The position numbers were made by a program, and so were the translations under genes. Positions 53,019 to 62,294 of a stretch of 64,000 nt of DNA are shown here, one piece after another; position 1 is the stretch's first letter; each line of letters starts with the position of its first letter. The notes below the pieces were generated by a model. It was given only the letters and a program-made list of their open reading frames with translations. It was not told the origin of the DNA and searched no databases. This DNA is from Candidatus Saccharimonadales bacterium (GTDB lineage Bacteria; Patescibacteriota; Saccharimonadia; Saccharimonadales; UBA10212). The DNA is taken from contig JBEKOJ010000001.1 in the NCBI GenBank assembly GCA_049521895.1, positions 418,717 through 482,716 on the forward strand, read 5' to 3'.

Positions 53019-53746
53019 ACGTTAACTCCTTCGGGGATATCAAAATTGGTGTGGGTGGCTATAACATCATCTAAATCATCAAGGGCGTTCATGAGATTAA
53101 TTACTTTGCGGGCAGTTTCCGGATCGCTGATTTCTACGGTATTGTTGGGCACGTAGGTAAGCTCGGCGTCAACCACTTCCAGCCCGGTGTCTTTTAGCCG
53201 ATCCCGGACTTTAGCCAAATCGTGCTGAGCAGTATAAATAACGGTTTCGCCTGTTTCCTTTTCTTCTACCACATCCTCGGCACCAGCTTCAATTGCCTGT
53301 AATTGAATGTCTTCGCCAATACCTTTTACCCGAATTACCCCTTTGTGGCTAAATTGGAAGGCCACGCTTCCTTGCTCGGCCATGTTACCGCCGGACTTAC
53401 TGAAAGCCGTGCGGACCTCGGGCAGTGTACGGTTCTTATTATCCGTTGCCACGTCCACCAAAACGGCTATGCCGCCTGGCCCGTAGCCTTCGTACATTGC
53501 TTGCTCGAGCTGAGTAGTAGATTTGTCGGACGCCCGCTGAATGGACCGCTCTATGTTGGTATTAGGCATGCTGGCTTTCTTGGCTTTTTCAACAACCATA
53601 GCTAGCGCCGAGTTAGTGGCTGGGTCGGTGCCGCCACGGGCAGCTATGGCAATCTGGTTACCAAGTTTGGTAAACAGGGCGCCGCGCTTAGCATCGTTGG
53701 CGCCCTTTTGGCGTTTGATAGTCGCCCATTTGGAATGTCCACTCAT
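53015..53746 (-). CDS. yebC: YebC/PmpR family DNA-binding regulator
   Basis: 243 aa starting MSGHSKWATIKRQKG. Confidence 0.95.
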   Translation of the reverse strand: MSGHSKWATIKRQKGANDAKRGALFTKLGNQIAIAARGGTDPATNSALAMVVEKAKKASMPNTNIERSIQRASDKSTTQLEQAMYEGYGPGGIAVLVDVATDNKNRTLPEVRTAFSKSGGNMAEQGSVAFQFSHKGVIRVKGIGEDIQLQAIEAGAEDVVEEKETGETVIYTAQHDLAKVRDRLKDTGLEVVDAELTYVPNNTVEISDPETARKVINLMNALDDLDDVIATHTNFDIPEGVNV

Positions 53747-53829
53747 ACAATAATTATCTCATTGATTAAAGTTTCTGTTAATCTGCCTGCCCCTTACCAA
53801 AACCTGAGCGAAGAAGAGGCTGGATAAGC

Positions 53830-55272
53830 CTATTCCGCAGAATCAAGTTTTTGGTGAGGGGTTATTATAGCATTTTTTAGGTGGACGTGCCTTTGAGCCG
53901 CTAAAACCGCCAACAGCACCAGACCATAGCAGGCAACCATTAGGGCTGGGGCAATGGTCAGATGCAAAAATTCGGAGGGAATACTTGCTAATATATGCAC
54001 AACATCAAGCATATATGTCAGTAGCAACCGGGCCGGCAACGCAAACCAGCCGGCGACCGGCGCGGCCAAGCTGCCGGCCGCAGCAGCAATAGCTGATAGT
54101 AACATTGCTACTGATACCAGAGGCACAATCAAGAGATTAGCAATTAAGGCGACCAGTGAAAGTTGGCCAAAAGTCATCATAATCAACGGCTGGGTCATGA
54201 TTTGGGCCGAAAAAGTTTCAATCAGAACCGAAGTCAATATCTTTGGTGGCCGGCTAAATAGGCGGGCGGAAATTATTGGCGCTATCACCAAGACGCCAAA
54301 AAAGGCCAGGAACGACAGGTACCACCCCAAATCGCCCCAAACGTAAAATGGGCTAATCATCCCTGTTAAAGCTGCTGTGAAGCCGATAAGAACCAGGGGC
54401 TTGATTCGCCGGCCATAAAACCAGGCCCACAAAGTCAACAGCGAGACGATTGCCGCCCGCACAATAGACGCGCTAAAACCAGTTATAAGCACAAAGCCGG
54501 CGATAAAGGTGAGCGACAGCATCAGCTGCTGGTATTTGGAGGGCAATCTCAACCGCGCTATAGCCCGGGCAATAATCGTTACATTGTAGCCAGATACCGC
54601 CACGATGTGCACCAGGCCCACCATCGTTAAAGCAGCCAGAACGTCTTGCGGTAGGGTAACCCGTTGGCCAACCAGTAACCCCATGGCAAATGAGGCTACC
54701 GGCTCGGGCAAAGCGTTCTGCATGCCAGCGGCAAAACGCCGGCCAACACTGATAAGCCAGCTATGGCCGATGCCGATGCGGGTTAGCTGCGCATAAGCTA
54801 TGGTCGCCTGGTTGGCGCCACGAGTAGGATAAAGTTTGCCGGTTACTTGCACCCTATCACCCCTGTAAATCATGTGCTCGCCAAAACCACTGAGTTTAAA
54901 CGAACCAGCTAGCGGCTGGTTCTTGGGGGCTATAAGCTGGACATTATTTGCCGTGAATTGGATTTGCGATTTCGTAGAATAGACAGAGTCGCTAGTAGCT
55001 GTAGCCTGAATAGTCACTTTTTGCAGGCTGTAGTCCTGCAGGACATGCAGCCGCTGCATATAAATTCCGCCACGCCACATGCCTAAGCCTAAACCCAGCA
55101 AACAAATTACAATCAGGCTGGTGAAATTTTTTGATTTCAAAAGTAAAAACAGAGGAGTAAATATTAACCACCAAATCTGCGGCGTAATCTGTAATTTACG
55201 CGATAAACCCAGCCCCGCCAGAACCGCAGTGCAACCAGCGGTAATCAGAGTAGTTCGCCTAAACTTTCTCAC
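53830..55272 (-). CDS. comEC: DNA internalisation channel ComEC/Rec2 (competence domain, no beta-lactamase domain)
   Basis: 480 aa, polytopic. The N-terminal OB-like region plus competence-domain pattern (HIVAVSGYNV) is present. The apparent start is GTG. Confidence 0.8.
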   Translation of the reverse strand: MRKFRRTTLITAGCTAVLAGLGLSRKLQITPQIWWLIFTPLFLLLKSKNFTSLIVICLLGLGLGMWRGGIYMQRLHVLQDYSLQKVTIQATATSDSVYSTKSQIQFTANNVQLIAPKNQPLAGSFKLSGFGEHMIYRGDRVQVTGKLYPTRGANQATIAYAQLTRIGIGHSWLISVGRRFAAGMQNALPEPVASFAMGLLVGQRVTLPQDVLAALTMVGLVHIVAVSGYNVTIIARAIARLRLPSKYQQLMLSLTFIAGFVLITGFSASIVRAAIVSLLTLWAWFYGRRIKPLVLIGFTAALTGMISPFYVWGDLGWYLSFLAFFGVLVIAPIISARLFSRPPKILTSVLIETFSAQIMTQPLIMMTFGQLSLVALIANLLIVPLVSVAMLLSAIAAAAGSLAAPVAGWFALPARLLLTYMLDVVHILASIPSEFLHLTIAPALMVACYGLVLLAVLAAQRHVHLKNAIITPHQKLDSAE

Positions 55273-55359
55273 TATTCTGCCATCATGGCAGATATTTGTT
55301 CATAAATTAATTGCTTAAGGTTGATTTTTGGCCTAATAAAACAGATAATGTAAGGTGTT

Positions 55360-55478
55360 TCGTCGGAATCGAGGCACCGGCTTCCGTGAGCTTGTAGACC
55401 GTGCTCACTTTCAGCCTCGGCTCGCTTCCTCCTCTCAATTTCGCAAACGGTCGCTAGCGCCCCGATTCGCAAAATTGC
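55360..55478 (-). ncRNA. L-type structured element, copy 4 (orphan; lies in the comEC upstream region, same strand)
   Basis: On the minus strand it has an 11-bp hairpin with two G-U pairs (55437-55476), GAGAGGAGGAAGC and a closing helix. It ends in ATTCCGACGA, but no tRNA follows. The comEC start is 88 nt downstream. Confidence 0.5.
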
Positions 55479-55664
55479 AAGAGAAATTTTGGACGCCCAA
55501 ACTCACACACTTGGATGCAGTGCAAGACGCCGCCGAGGAACGCCCGCAGGTGTATTACAATACATTGAGGACGTACCGCCGGCGAGCAACGTAGCAGTGC
55601 GCCAAAAAGCCAGCAGGGTTTACGGCTTTGCCGGGAAGCAGTGTTGGCTGGTGTGTGAATTTGG

Positions 55665-55740
55665 GGGCCCATAGCTCAGTTGGTAGAGCAGAGGCCTTTT
55701 AAGCCTCGTGTCGCGGGTTCGAGACCCGCTGGGCCCTCCA
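55665..55740 (+). tRNA. tRNA-Lys (anticodon TTT)
   Basis: Cloverleaf by eye. Anticodon arm is GAGGC-CTTTTAA-GCCTC. CCA is encoded. Confidence 0.9.
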
Positions 55741-55748
55741 ATGAAAGT

Positions 55749-55775
55749 GCCCGGCCTTGCGCCGGGTATTTTCAT
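55749..55775 (+). terminator. rho-independent terminator after tRNA-Lys(TTT)
   Basis: CCCGGC-CTTGC-GCCGGG stem-loop followed by TATTTT. Confidence 0.65.
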
Positions 55776-55827
55776 TGGTTGTCTTAGTCGGTTTCGGTTC
55801 CGCGACCAAGACGCAAAGCGGATTGTA

Positions 55828-55916
55828 GTCGCGGGTTCGGTCATCCAGGTCGCGCGCAGTCCGCCTGAAGCGGACGAGCACGGCTGCAGATGTGCGCTGT
55901 CCCGCTGGGCCCTCCA
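55828..55916 (+). repeat. second, interrupted copy of the tRNA-Lys(TTT) 3' part (GTCGCGGGTTCG + 61-nt insert + CCCGCTGGGCCCTCCA)
   Basis: The flanks are identical to the tRNA. The insert (55840-55900) shares GTCATCCAGSTCGC and GCAGATGTGCGCT blocks with the insert at 12826-12882. Confidence 0.85.
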
Positions 55917-56021
55917 ACCATAAGCATTTTGACCTCTATAATTAACAGGCTACAATCTTATATAATTGCACACAACAAGCTAATTATTGACAACAGTTTA
56001 TAATTATGCTTATATGTGTGT

Positions 56022-56261
56022 ATGTCTCGGGAAAGAAATTCCACTTACTACAGGGATTATGCTGATATGGCACAAGAAATGATTAATGGCTTAAGCGATG
56101 GTGATATGCCACACGTAGGAACACTGCAATATATGTACGGCATTAGTGAAGCGGGTCGTGTGCAAGCAGAACTTGTTATGGACCATATTTTGGCTGACCC
56201 TCAACTAACAGAACAGTTTGACGCTACTGTTACTGCGTTTCAAGCAGAACAAGCGGCTTAA
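56022..56261 (+). CDS. hypothetical small acidic protein (island cassette 1)
   Basis: ORF in the A+T-rich cassette. TTGACA-N17-TTATAT (55987-56015) ends 6 nt before this ATG, so the mRNA may be leaderless. The ORF-track start is 56016. Confidence 0.4.
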   Translation: MSRERNSTYYRDYADMAQEMINGLSDGDMPHVGTLQYMYGISEAGRVQAELVMDHILADPQLTEQFDATVTAFQAEQAA

Positions 56262-56271
56262 TCTTGATAAT

Positions 56272-56499
56272 ATGGAAAGCAGGATTGGTTGGCTACATAA
56301 TACTTCAGGGGATGAAATACCTGTAGATCCGACATTAATTACAGATACATCTGGTGAATTAGTGGACGTAACGCCACAACAACTAGAGCAAATACTTGCC
56401 AATGACCCTGACTCTATTTTGCAGTTAATGGCTTGGGGTAGTTTTCAGAGCAGACAAGAAGCTGAGGCATTTCTTGCTGAGAGCGAGCAAGCCTCTTAA
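56272..56499 (+). CDS. hypothetical small acidic protein (island cassette 1)
   Basis: 75-aa ORF starting at MESRIG, 8 nt after the previous stop. No recognisable motif. Confidence 0.4.
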   Translation: MESRIGWLHNTSGDEIPVDPTLITDTSGELVDVTPQQLEQILANDPDSILQLMAWGSFQSRQEAEAFLAESEQAS

Positions 56500-56506
56500 T
56501 TTCGGC

Positions 56507-56534
56507 TGCTACAGCCTTCACGGTGGCCCTCCAC
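56507..56534 (+). repeat. 28-nt cassette-boundary repeat TGCTACAGCCTTCACGGTGGCCCTCCAC, copy 1
   Basis: Identical to 57660-57687. Its 3' half resembles the tRNA-Lys acceptor end (TGGGCCCTCCA). Confidence 0.9.
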
Positions 56535-56647
56535 AGATAAGACCTAGTGCATCTTCCAAACAGATACTCCCGCCCAGTAATTAATTGACAATCTAGGCAA
56601 GTGATAGTATTCTTAACTTTTTAAAGAGTCGAGGTAGTATTGTTACC

Positions 56648-57613
56648 ATGACAGAACGCAATCCGCAGTTATCGCAGAAGGTTATTGATCTCGCTTGGGA
56701 AGCTGCACAGGCCAGTGACCGAGCATTCGATGAGCGTGATCTAGCCAACTTTAAAATACTAAGTGATATGGCTGCAACTGTTATGCTATTGCCCACTACC
56801 GCGTTTAATTTTCAACGTGCTGAAATTCCATCTGCCCAAGTACCGGAAATTGACGTTGAAACAACTGAACGGCTGGAGGTTCTACCCACTGATTACCGTA
56901 AATTAGTACTAAACCGCTATACCGAAAAAAATGAAGTAGTAGGTACCCAAATTAATGCCAACACCCTGCCTGAACACTATCGGCTGCCGGGGTTAAGTGA
57001 ATTTATAGAAGAGGTCATAGCTTTAGCTCCGGTCTATGAAGCATTTATCAAAAATAGCTGGGAGCCAGAAGTAGTTTTTGTGCCCAACAACCTAAGCCTC
57101 GAGCAGTGGGACAGCCTGCTCATGGGCCATACATTGCCAAATGGCCGTAAGTCCAAGGGCCTATCACGTGCCTGGAGAGTTAATGAAGTTTATGACCAAG
57201 GAACCGACGCTAACCCATGGTATTTAGCTATTGTATGTAGTACTGAAAGACCCCCGCTTACTAATGTAAGTCCTGACGGTGAACACGGCTCTCGAGCCAA
57301 TAAAACCATTAGAATATTGTCAGAACTGCCAAACATAGCTGACGTCTCATCTCCAGAAGCCATTATTAATCAAGCTAGTCCATCAGAAGAAATGTATTGT
57401 GCTTTTCAGCTTGCTCGCTTAGAGCGTGGTGAGCAACCCGTAGACACCGAGACCTGGACCATTGGCAAAGAAAATATTAGCCTGGGATCTCTGTTCTTTA
57501 GCTTTCCTATATACAAGCGGCAGGTTTTCTCTTTCTTTAGCGATCGTGCTCACCGCCTTGAAGGTAGCGGTGTCCGCCCCTCAGCTAACGGTAAAGATCT
57601 AGTTCTCGGCTAG
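56648..57613 (+). CDS. hypothetical protein (island cassette 2)
   Basis: 321-aa ORF with no motif I recognise. It is preceded by TAATTAATTGACAA, a promoter-like sequence homologous to that of cassette 1. Confidence 0.55.
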   Translation: MTERNPQLSQKVIDLAWEAAQASDRAFDERDLANFKILSDMAATVMLLPTTAFNFQRAEIPSAQVPEIDVETTERLEVLPTDYRKLVLNRYTEKNEVVGTQINANTLPEHYRLPGLSEFIEEVIALAPVYEAFIKNSWEPEVVFVPNNLSLEQWDSLLMGHTLPNGRKSKGLSRAWRVNEVYDQGTDANPWYLAIVCSTERPPLTNVSPDGEHGSRANKTIRILSELPNIADVSSPEAIINQASPSEEMYCAFQLARLERGEQPVDTETWTIGKENISLGSLFFSFPIYKRQVFSFFSDRAHRLEGSGVRPSANGKDLVLG

Positions 57614-57659
57614 GGACATAATTACTAATATGTAGGTGTTGGCTACCCTGAATTGTAGT

Positions 57660-57687
57660 TGCTACAGCCTTCACGGTGGCCCTCCAC
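57660..57687 (+). repeat. 28-nt cassette-boundary repeat, copy 2
   Basis: Identical to 56507-56534. It is followed by the terminator hairpin at 57692-57716. Confidence 0.9.
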
Positions 57688-57691
57688 GGAA

Positions 57692-57716
57692 AGCTCATCA
57701 TTTGGATGAGTTTTTA
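57692..57716. terminator. terminator hairpin between the island and the convergent membrane-protein gene
   Basis: CTCATC-ATTTG-GATGAG stem-loop followed by TTTTT. Confidence 0.65.
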
Positions 57717-58193
57717 TTTGTGTCTCTTAATATAATGACTTCTACTGAACCAGACCAGCAATAGGCTTACTAGAGTACCAATACCAATAATTATTGCTTC
57801 TTGCTTTTCTAGCTGGTTCCAAATGCTAAGGTTGCTAAAATTAATGTTCGCCCAGTTGCTCAGTAGCGGACCGACCGTTAGGGCCAGCAAACCGCCGCTA
57901 GCCAGAGCTGGTACGATTTGTAAGTAAAAACGTGAATGTGTGGCGTGTTTTCTAGTCAGTAAAAGCGTTATCGCCAGCGGCACGGCAATCATTATTAGAT
58001 TGATGGCGTTGCCGCTTAGCAGCTGGCCTGATGACACCAAGTGGCTCAACCAATGCTGCGTGCTACCGCTAGCATAGGTGGCAGCTGTAAAGCCGGTGCA
58101 GAGCGCCAAAAATCCCAGGGCCGCATCGGCCCGTAACAAAAAAGTTAACACCAGAGGCGCAGCAAGCAGAGCAATCAGTACCAATTCGGCCAT
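57714..58193 (-). CDS. polytopic membrane protein, unknown function
   Basis: 159 aa with four to five hydrophobic helices. Confidence 0.55.
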   Translation of the reverse strand: MAELVLIALLAAPLVLTFLLRADAALGFLALCTGFTAATYASGSTQHWLSHLVSSGQLLSGNAINLIMIAVPLAITLLLTRKHATHSRFYLQIVPALASGGLLALTVGPLLSNWANINFSNLSIWNQLEKQEAIIIGIGTLVSLLLVWFSRSHYIKRHK

Positions 58194-58296
58194 ACACTGT
58201 TATTTTAGCACTAGCGCTTAGAAAAGTACGGCTGTTCCAAGGTCAATATTTAAAATTTTTGAATACGGCTACTAATTGCGAACTCTTTATTTAGGC

Positions 58297-59214
58297 TTAT
58301 GCGCCAACACGGTCTTTACGGTGCCTAGCTTTGGCATTAACTTCTACGTACTCAATAATTTTTTCGGCGACGTTGCGACTCGTAACCAGCTCTATGCCAA
58401 ACCCAGGACTGGAGTTAACCTCAAGCACAAGCGGTCCTCTATTACTCCTCATAAGATCCACGCCACAGATAGATAGACCCATAGCCCTAGCGGCCTTGAT
58501 GGCCACGTGTTTTTCTTCATCTGTTAGCTTTACCGTACTCCCCTCTCCGCCTTGGTGAAGGTTAGAACGGAATTCCTCCTCAACATTAATGCTTTGGCGT
58601 TTCATACTGGCCACTACTTGACCACCCACCACGAAAGCCCTGATGTCGGTTCCGGCTGACTCCTCTATATACTCTTGTAGCAAGATGTTAGTGCCATCGT
58701 CGTCCATCATATAAAAAGATTGGATAACTGACTTTGCAGCCTTTCTGGTTTCTGCCAGCACTACACCCCGGCCATGGGTGCCACGAGCCAGTTTGATGAT
58801 AATTGGCGGGCCGTCCAGTTTTTCCATTACTTGGTCAACGTCGGTGGCGCCGCGGGAGAAAATGGTTTTTGGAATACCAATACCAGCCCGCGCTAACAGT
58901 TGCACAGAGCGGAGTTTATCACGGGAACGCACAATGGCAATTGAGCTGGCAGTAGTAAAGACACCTTGCATCTCAAACTGCCGCACAATAGCCGTACCGT
59001 AGCGGGTATAGCTAGCCGCAATACGCGGGATAATGGCATCAAAGCCAGTCAGAATCTCGCCTTCGCAGGTAACGATTGGGTTGCTTTTTTCTATCTTGGC
59101 CTCGCATAGCACATAGTTAATAATGCGCACTTCGTGTCCGCGCTTGATGGCTTCTTCTTTCAGCCGTTTGGTTGAGTAATTGCCTGGCCCCTTGGATAAG
59201 ATTGCTATTTTCAT
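58297..59214 (-). CDS. rimK: RimK-family ATP-grasp alpha-L-glutamate ligase
   Basis: 305 aa with ATP-grasp motifs (IIKLARGTHGRGV, LQEYIEES, EVNSSPG). Confidence 0.9.
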   Translation of the reverse strand: MKIAILSKGPGNYSTKRLKEEAIKRGHEVRIINYVLCEAKIEKSNPIVTCEGEILTGFDAIIPRIAASYTRYGTAIVRQFEMQGVFTTASSIAIVRSRDKLRSVQLLARAGIGIPKTIFSRGATDVDQVMEKLDGPPIIIKLARGTHGRGVVLAETRKAAKSVIQSFYMMDDDGTNILLQEYIEESAGTDIRAFVVGGQVVASMKRQSINVEEEFRSNLHQGGEGSTVKLTDEEKHVAIKAARAMGLSICGVDLMRSNRGPLVLEVNSSPGFGIELVTSRNVAEKIIEYVEVNAKARHRKDRVGA

Positions 59215-59221
59215 ATTGCTA

Positions 59222-59641
59222 TCATTTTACATGGCCACGATACTTGGTTCCCTTAGTAGCGTCAACCAAGAACCCATGGTCCCTTAAAAACTGTCGACCG
59301 ATTAAGACACCCTTTTTCATAAGTGTACGGTCGGCCAGAGTTACGGATATCGGATACTGCACACCCCGGATAGTAACTGTGGTTGGGATGCAATAGCGTA
59401 GAGAGACAGCTCCGTTGCTGCTACGCACCTCCTTAAGGGTAAACCCGGTTGCTGTTACTGCCTTGTCTAGACCAAAGGGCAAAAATTGTACCGCCTTTTC
59501 GCCCGTGGATAGCAAAACCTCTTTTATGCGGGTAGCATGTACGGATCCGCTAGTGGCACCGGTATCCACTTTGGCAACCACGTCAAAAAGCCCGAAATCC
59601 GGGAGGCTGACTTTTTCAAATGCACCGATTACTTTTTGCAT
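59222..59641 (-). CDS. RimK-associated retropepsin-like protease domain protein
   Basis: 139 aa. AKVDTGATSGSVHA is an aspartic-protease-like motif. It occupies the conserved position upstream of rimK. Confidence 0.7.
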   Translation of the reverse strand: MQKVIGAFEKVSLPDFGLFDVVAKVDTGATSGSVHATRIKEVLLSTGEKAVQFLPFGLDKAVTATGFTLKEVRSSNGAVSLRYCIPTTVTIRGVQYPISVTLADRTLMKKGVLIGRQFLRDHGFLVDATKGTKYRGHVK

Positions 59642-59709
59642 CTGTTAATAATAACATATTCGCGTTAATTAAGCAACGTTTGGCCCGTTGTGTGCGTTCT
59701 CCTATACTT

Positions 59710-60309
59710 ATGGACGTGAGCGATTCAAATTCTACTCATAATTATCTTAGAGCTTTTAGTGAACACGGGGAAAGTCCTAAATCTTTAAAATGGATTAGCT
59801 ATAAATCTGTGGCAAAAAGATACAGACAACTGGTGCGCGACCTAAATTTTGAGAATAAAACTATTCTCGATGCTGGCTGTGGGATGGGAGATCTTTTACC
59901 ATTTATCTATGCTAAAAGCTCAAATTTCGACTATTTGGGTGTAGACATTATTCCCGAGTTTATCGATATTGCTAAAAAACGCTACGAAGGCAATGCATTC
60001 AAAGTAGCAGATGTATTTGGCAAAGACTTTAACCAAAAGTTCGACGTGATCGTATCCTCAGGAATTATGAATCATAATATCTCTGATTGGCTGGAAGTAA
60101 GAAAAAAAATGATAGTCAAGCTCTTTGATTTAGCAAATGAGGTACTGGCTTTTAATATGGCCGGGGCACTAAATCCTATACCTTCAGACCAAAAAATCGC
60201 CTACGCCAATGCTAAAGAAATTTTAGACTTTTGCGCTACCCTTACACCAAAGTTAATCCTTAAAACCCATTATCACCCCAAAGACTTCACGGTAGTGATG
60301 TTCAAGTAA
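59710..60309 (+). CDS. class I SAM-dependent methyltransferase
   Basis: Motif I ILDAGCGMGDL. I chose the start at ATG 59710 to avoid overlap with the divergent gene. Confidence 0.7.
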   Translation: MDVSDSNSTHNYLRAFSEHGESPKSLKWISYKSVAKRYRQLVRDLNFENKTILDAGCGMGDLLPFIYAKSSNFDYLGVDIIPEFIDIAKKRYEGNAFKVADVFGKDFNQKFDVIVSSGIMNHNISDWLEVRKKMIVKLFDLANEVLAFNMAGALNPIPSDQKIAYANAKEILDFCATLTPKLILKTHYHPKDFTVVMFK

Positions 60310-60531
60310 AACTGATTGTCATTAGTTGTTCTAGGCAAAGGGTGCCGCCTTTTTCGAGGTAGGATCGGAGAGATTTATTTCTACCCCTGGGCTTTATGAA
60401 CCCTTACGTAAACAATTACAATGGCCACCGCCAGAATTAGCAGCAACAGTATTAACATAGGGATAAAACCTTTTTGGTTTTTATGCATCCTAATTTTATT
60501 TTAGTACTGCTGAAAATAAACACAACCTTCT

Positions 60532-61179
60532 TTGACAATACCGAGCACATGTTATAGTGATATCGTGAACGATTTAGAACGTGTCCGAGCCGATTCTGGC
60601 TTTGATAAGATGACTAGCTTGCCAGACCGGGTAGCTTTCTTGACTCAACTGGAAACCCTGGCAAGTGAAAGGCCTGGCGATTTCGGCGTCCTCATTGCGG
60701 ATCTTGATAGGTTAAAGGTAATTAATGACGCGGGGGGGCATGCAGCTGGAAATTTTATGATAATAAGTGCGGGTAATATTATATCATCGAGTATCCGTGT
60801 TGAGTCTGAAGGTACAGGAGTAGACCCAGAGAGAAGAGCAAAAATCAGCGGGCCCGACGCAGTAGCAGCTAGGATTCATGGTGATGAGTTTGGCATCATA
60901 CTGCCCGGGGTAAATAGTCCGGACATCTTGGAAGTCATCCGACAGCGCGTGGAACAAGATTTAGAAAGAGGAGGAATAGATGCCTCTATCGACGGCCGAG
61001 TACATATGCAGGGAGAAGCTGTTGATACGCTAGTCCATGAGGCAGACCTGCTAATGTTAAAAAGGAAAAACGAAAGAAAAAAAGCAGTCTTTGAAGCACT
61101 TCCTAAGCATAAGCGTGTCGCTGCCAGATTGGGTTTATTAATGCTGCATTATGCGGGAATGAATCCGCCTCGCCAATAA
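60532..61179 (+). CDS. GGDEF-domain protein with altered active-site motif (HGDEF)
   Basis: Carries DLDRLKVINDAGGHAAGN and RIHGDEFGIILPG. It has no sensor domain and an apparent TTG start. Confidence 0.6.
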   Translation: MTIPSTCYSDIVNDLERVRADSGFDKMTSLPDRVAFLTQLETLASERPGDFGVLIADLDRLKVINDAGGHAAGNFMIISAGNIISSSIRVESEGTGVDPERRAKISGPDAVAARIHGDEFGIILPGVNSPDILEVIRQRVEQDLERGGIDASIDGRVHMQGEAVDTLVHEADLLMLKRKNERKKAVFEALPKHKRVAARLGLLMLHYAGMNPPRQ

Positions 61180-61181
61180 GT

Positions 61182-62294
61182 CTAGCCGAATAGGCCTTTT
61201 TTGCCCTCGGTTTTGCGCAGCTGCTCTAGCAGCTGTTTTTGTTTGGAGCTAAGTTTAGTTGGCGTGTCTACTAGTATGGTTACGATGTGGGCACCGCGCA
61301 GGCCGTCGCTTAGCCGCGGTACGCCGTGGCCGGAAAGTTTGAAGTCTGTACCGCTCTGGGTGCCGATAGGCACGCGCATACGTACCGGGCCATCTACTGT
61401 ATCTACCTCTATTTCAGTACCCAGCGCGGCATCTATCATGGTGACGTGTTCGCTGGAAAGAATTAAATCACCTTCGCGGGTGAATTTTTTATGCGGTTTC
61501 ACTCTTACGTTAACGTATAAGTCGCCCTTGGGGCCGTTGGCGATAGCCTCGCCGTGCTCACGAAGGCGAATAGTAGCACCGTCGTCTATGCCGGCTGGCA
61601 CTTTAAGATTAATGGTTTGATGACGGCCTTTAGTCCCCTTGCCGCCGCAAACACTGCAGACTTTTTCGGGAATTCGTCCACGACCATGGCATTTGGTGCA
61701 AGTGGTAGCCTGTTGGATATTGCCAAAAATAGTGCGTGTAACCCGTTTGATCTGGCCAGAGCCGTCGCACTCGTCGCATTTTTTGAGCTCGTAGCCGGGC
61801 TCTACGGTGGTGCCGTTACAGTGCTCGCAGGTGTCTTCCATGTTGAGGCGCAGTTCCACCTCGGTGCCAAAAACAGCTTGCTCGAAAGTAATTTCAACAG
61901 AGGTTTCGACGTCGCGGCCACGGTTTTGGCGCCGGCGGCCCGCACCACCTAAATCGCCAGTAAAGAAGCTGCCCAAGATGTCGCCGAGACCCAGGTCGCC
62001 AAAGTCAAAGTTGACATTCTCTGTTCCGGTGCCAAAACCGCCAAAGCCAGCGAATGGGCTACCATCAGAGGCGGCACTGCTACCCACGCCGGCGTGGCCG
62101 AACTGGTCATAGCGTTTACGCTTAGAGTCGTCCTTTAGAACTTCGTAGGCTTCGTTAACTTCCTTGAACTGCTCTTCACTGCCGCCACGATCCGGGTGGT
62201 GCTCTACCGCCAGCCGGCGGTAAGCTTTTTTGATCTCATCAGCACTGGCGCTCTTGGATACACCGAGCACCTCATAGTAGTCTCTTTTAGCCAT
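61182..62294 (-). CDS. dnaJ: molecular chaperone DnaJ
   Basis: J domain DYYEVLGV...HPD, a G/F region and four CxxCxGxG zinc motifs. I chose the start at MAKRDYY. Confidence 0.95.
   Translation of the reverse strand: MAKRDYYEVLGVSKSASADEIKKAYRRLAVEHHPDRGGSEEQFKEVNEAYEVLKDDSKRKRYDQFGHAGVGSSAASDGSPFAGFGGFGTGTENVNFDFGDLGLGDILGSFFTGDLGGAGRRRQNRGRDVETSVEITFEQAVFGTEVELRLNMEDTCEHCNGTTVEPGYELKKCDECDGSGQIKRVTRTIFGNIQQATTCTKCHGRGRIPEKVCSVCGGKGTKGRHQTINLKVPAGIDDGATIRLREHGEAIANGPKGDLYVNVRVKPHKKFTREGDLILSSEHVTMIDAALGTEIEVDTVDGPVRMRVPIGTQSGTDFKLSGHGVPRLSDGLRGAHIVTILVDTPTKLSSKQKQLLEQLRKTEGKKGLFG

Noticed and set aside
60381-60488. 35-aa hydrophobic ORF (MHKNQKGFIPMLILLLLILAVAIVIVYVRVHKAQG) on the minus strand between the methyltransferase and GGDEF genes.
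   Set aside because: It is a plausible single-TM micro-protein, but I see no clear RBS or promoter, and sequence alone gives no conservation evidence. I note it without calling it.
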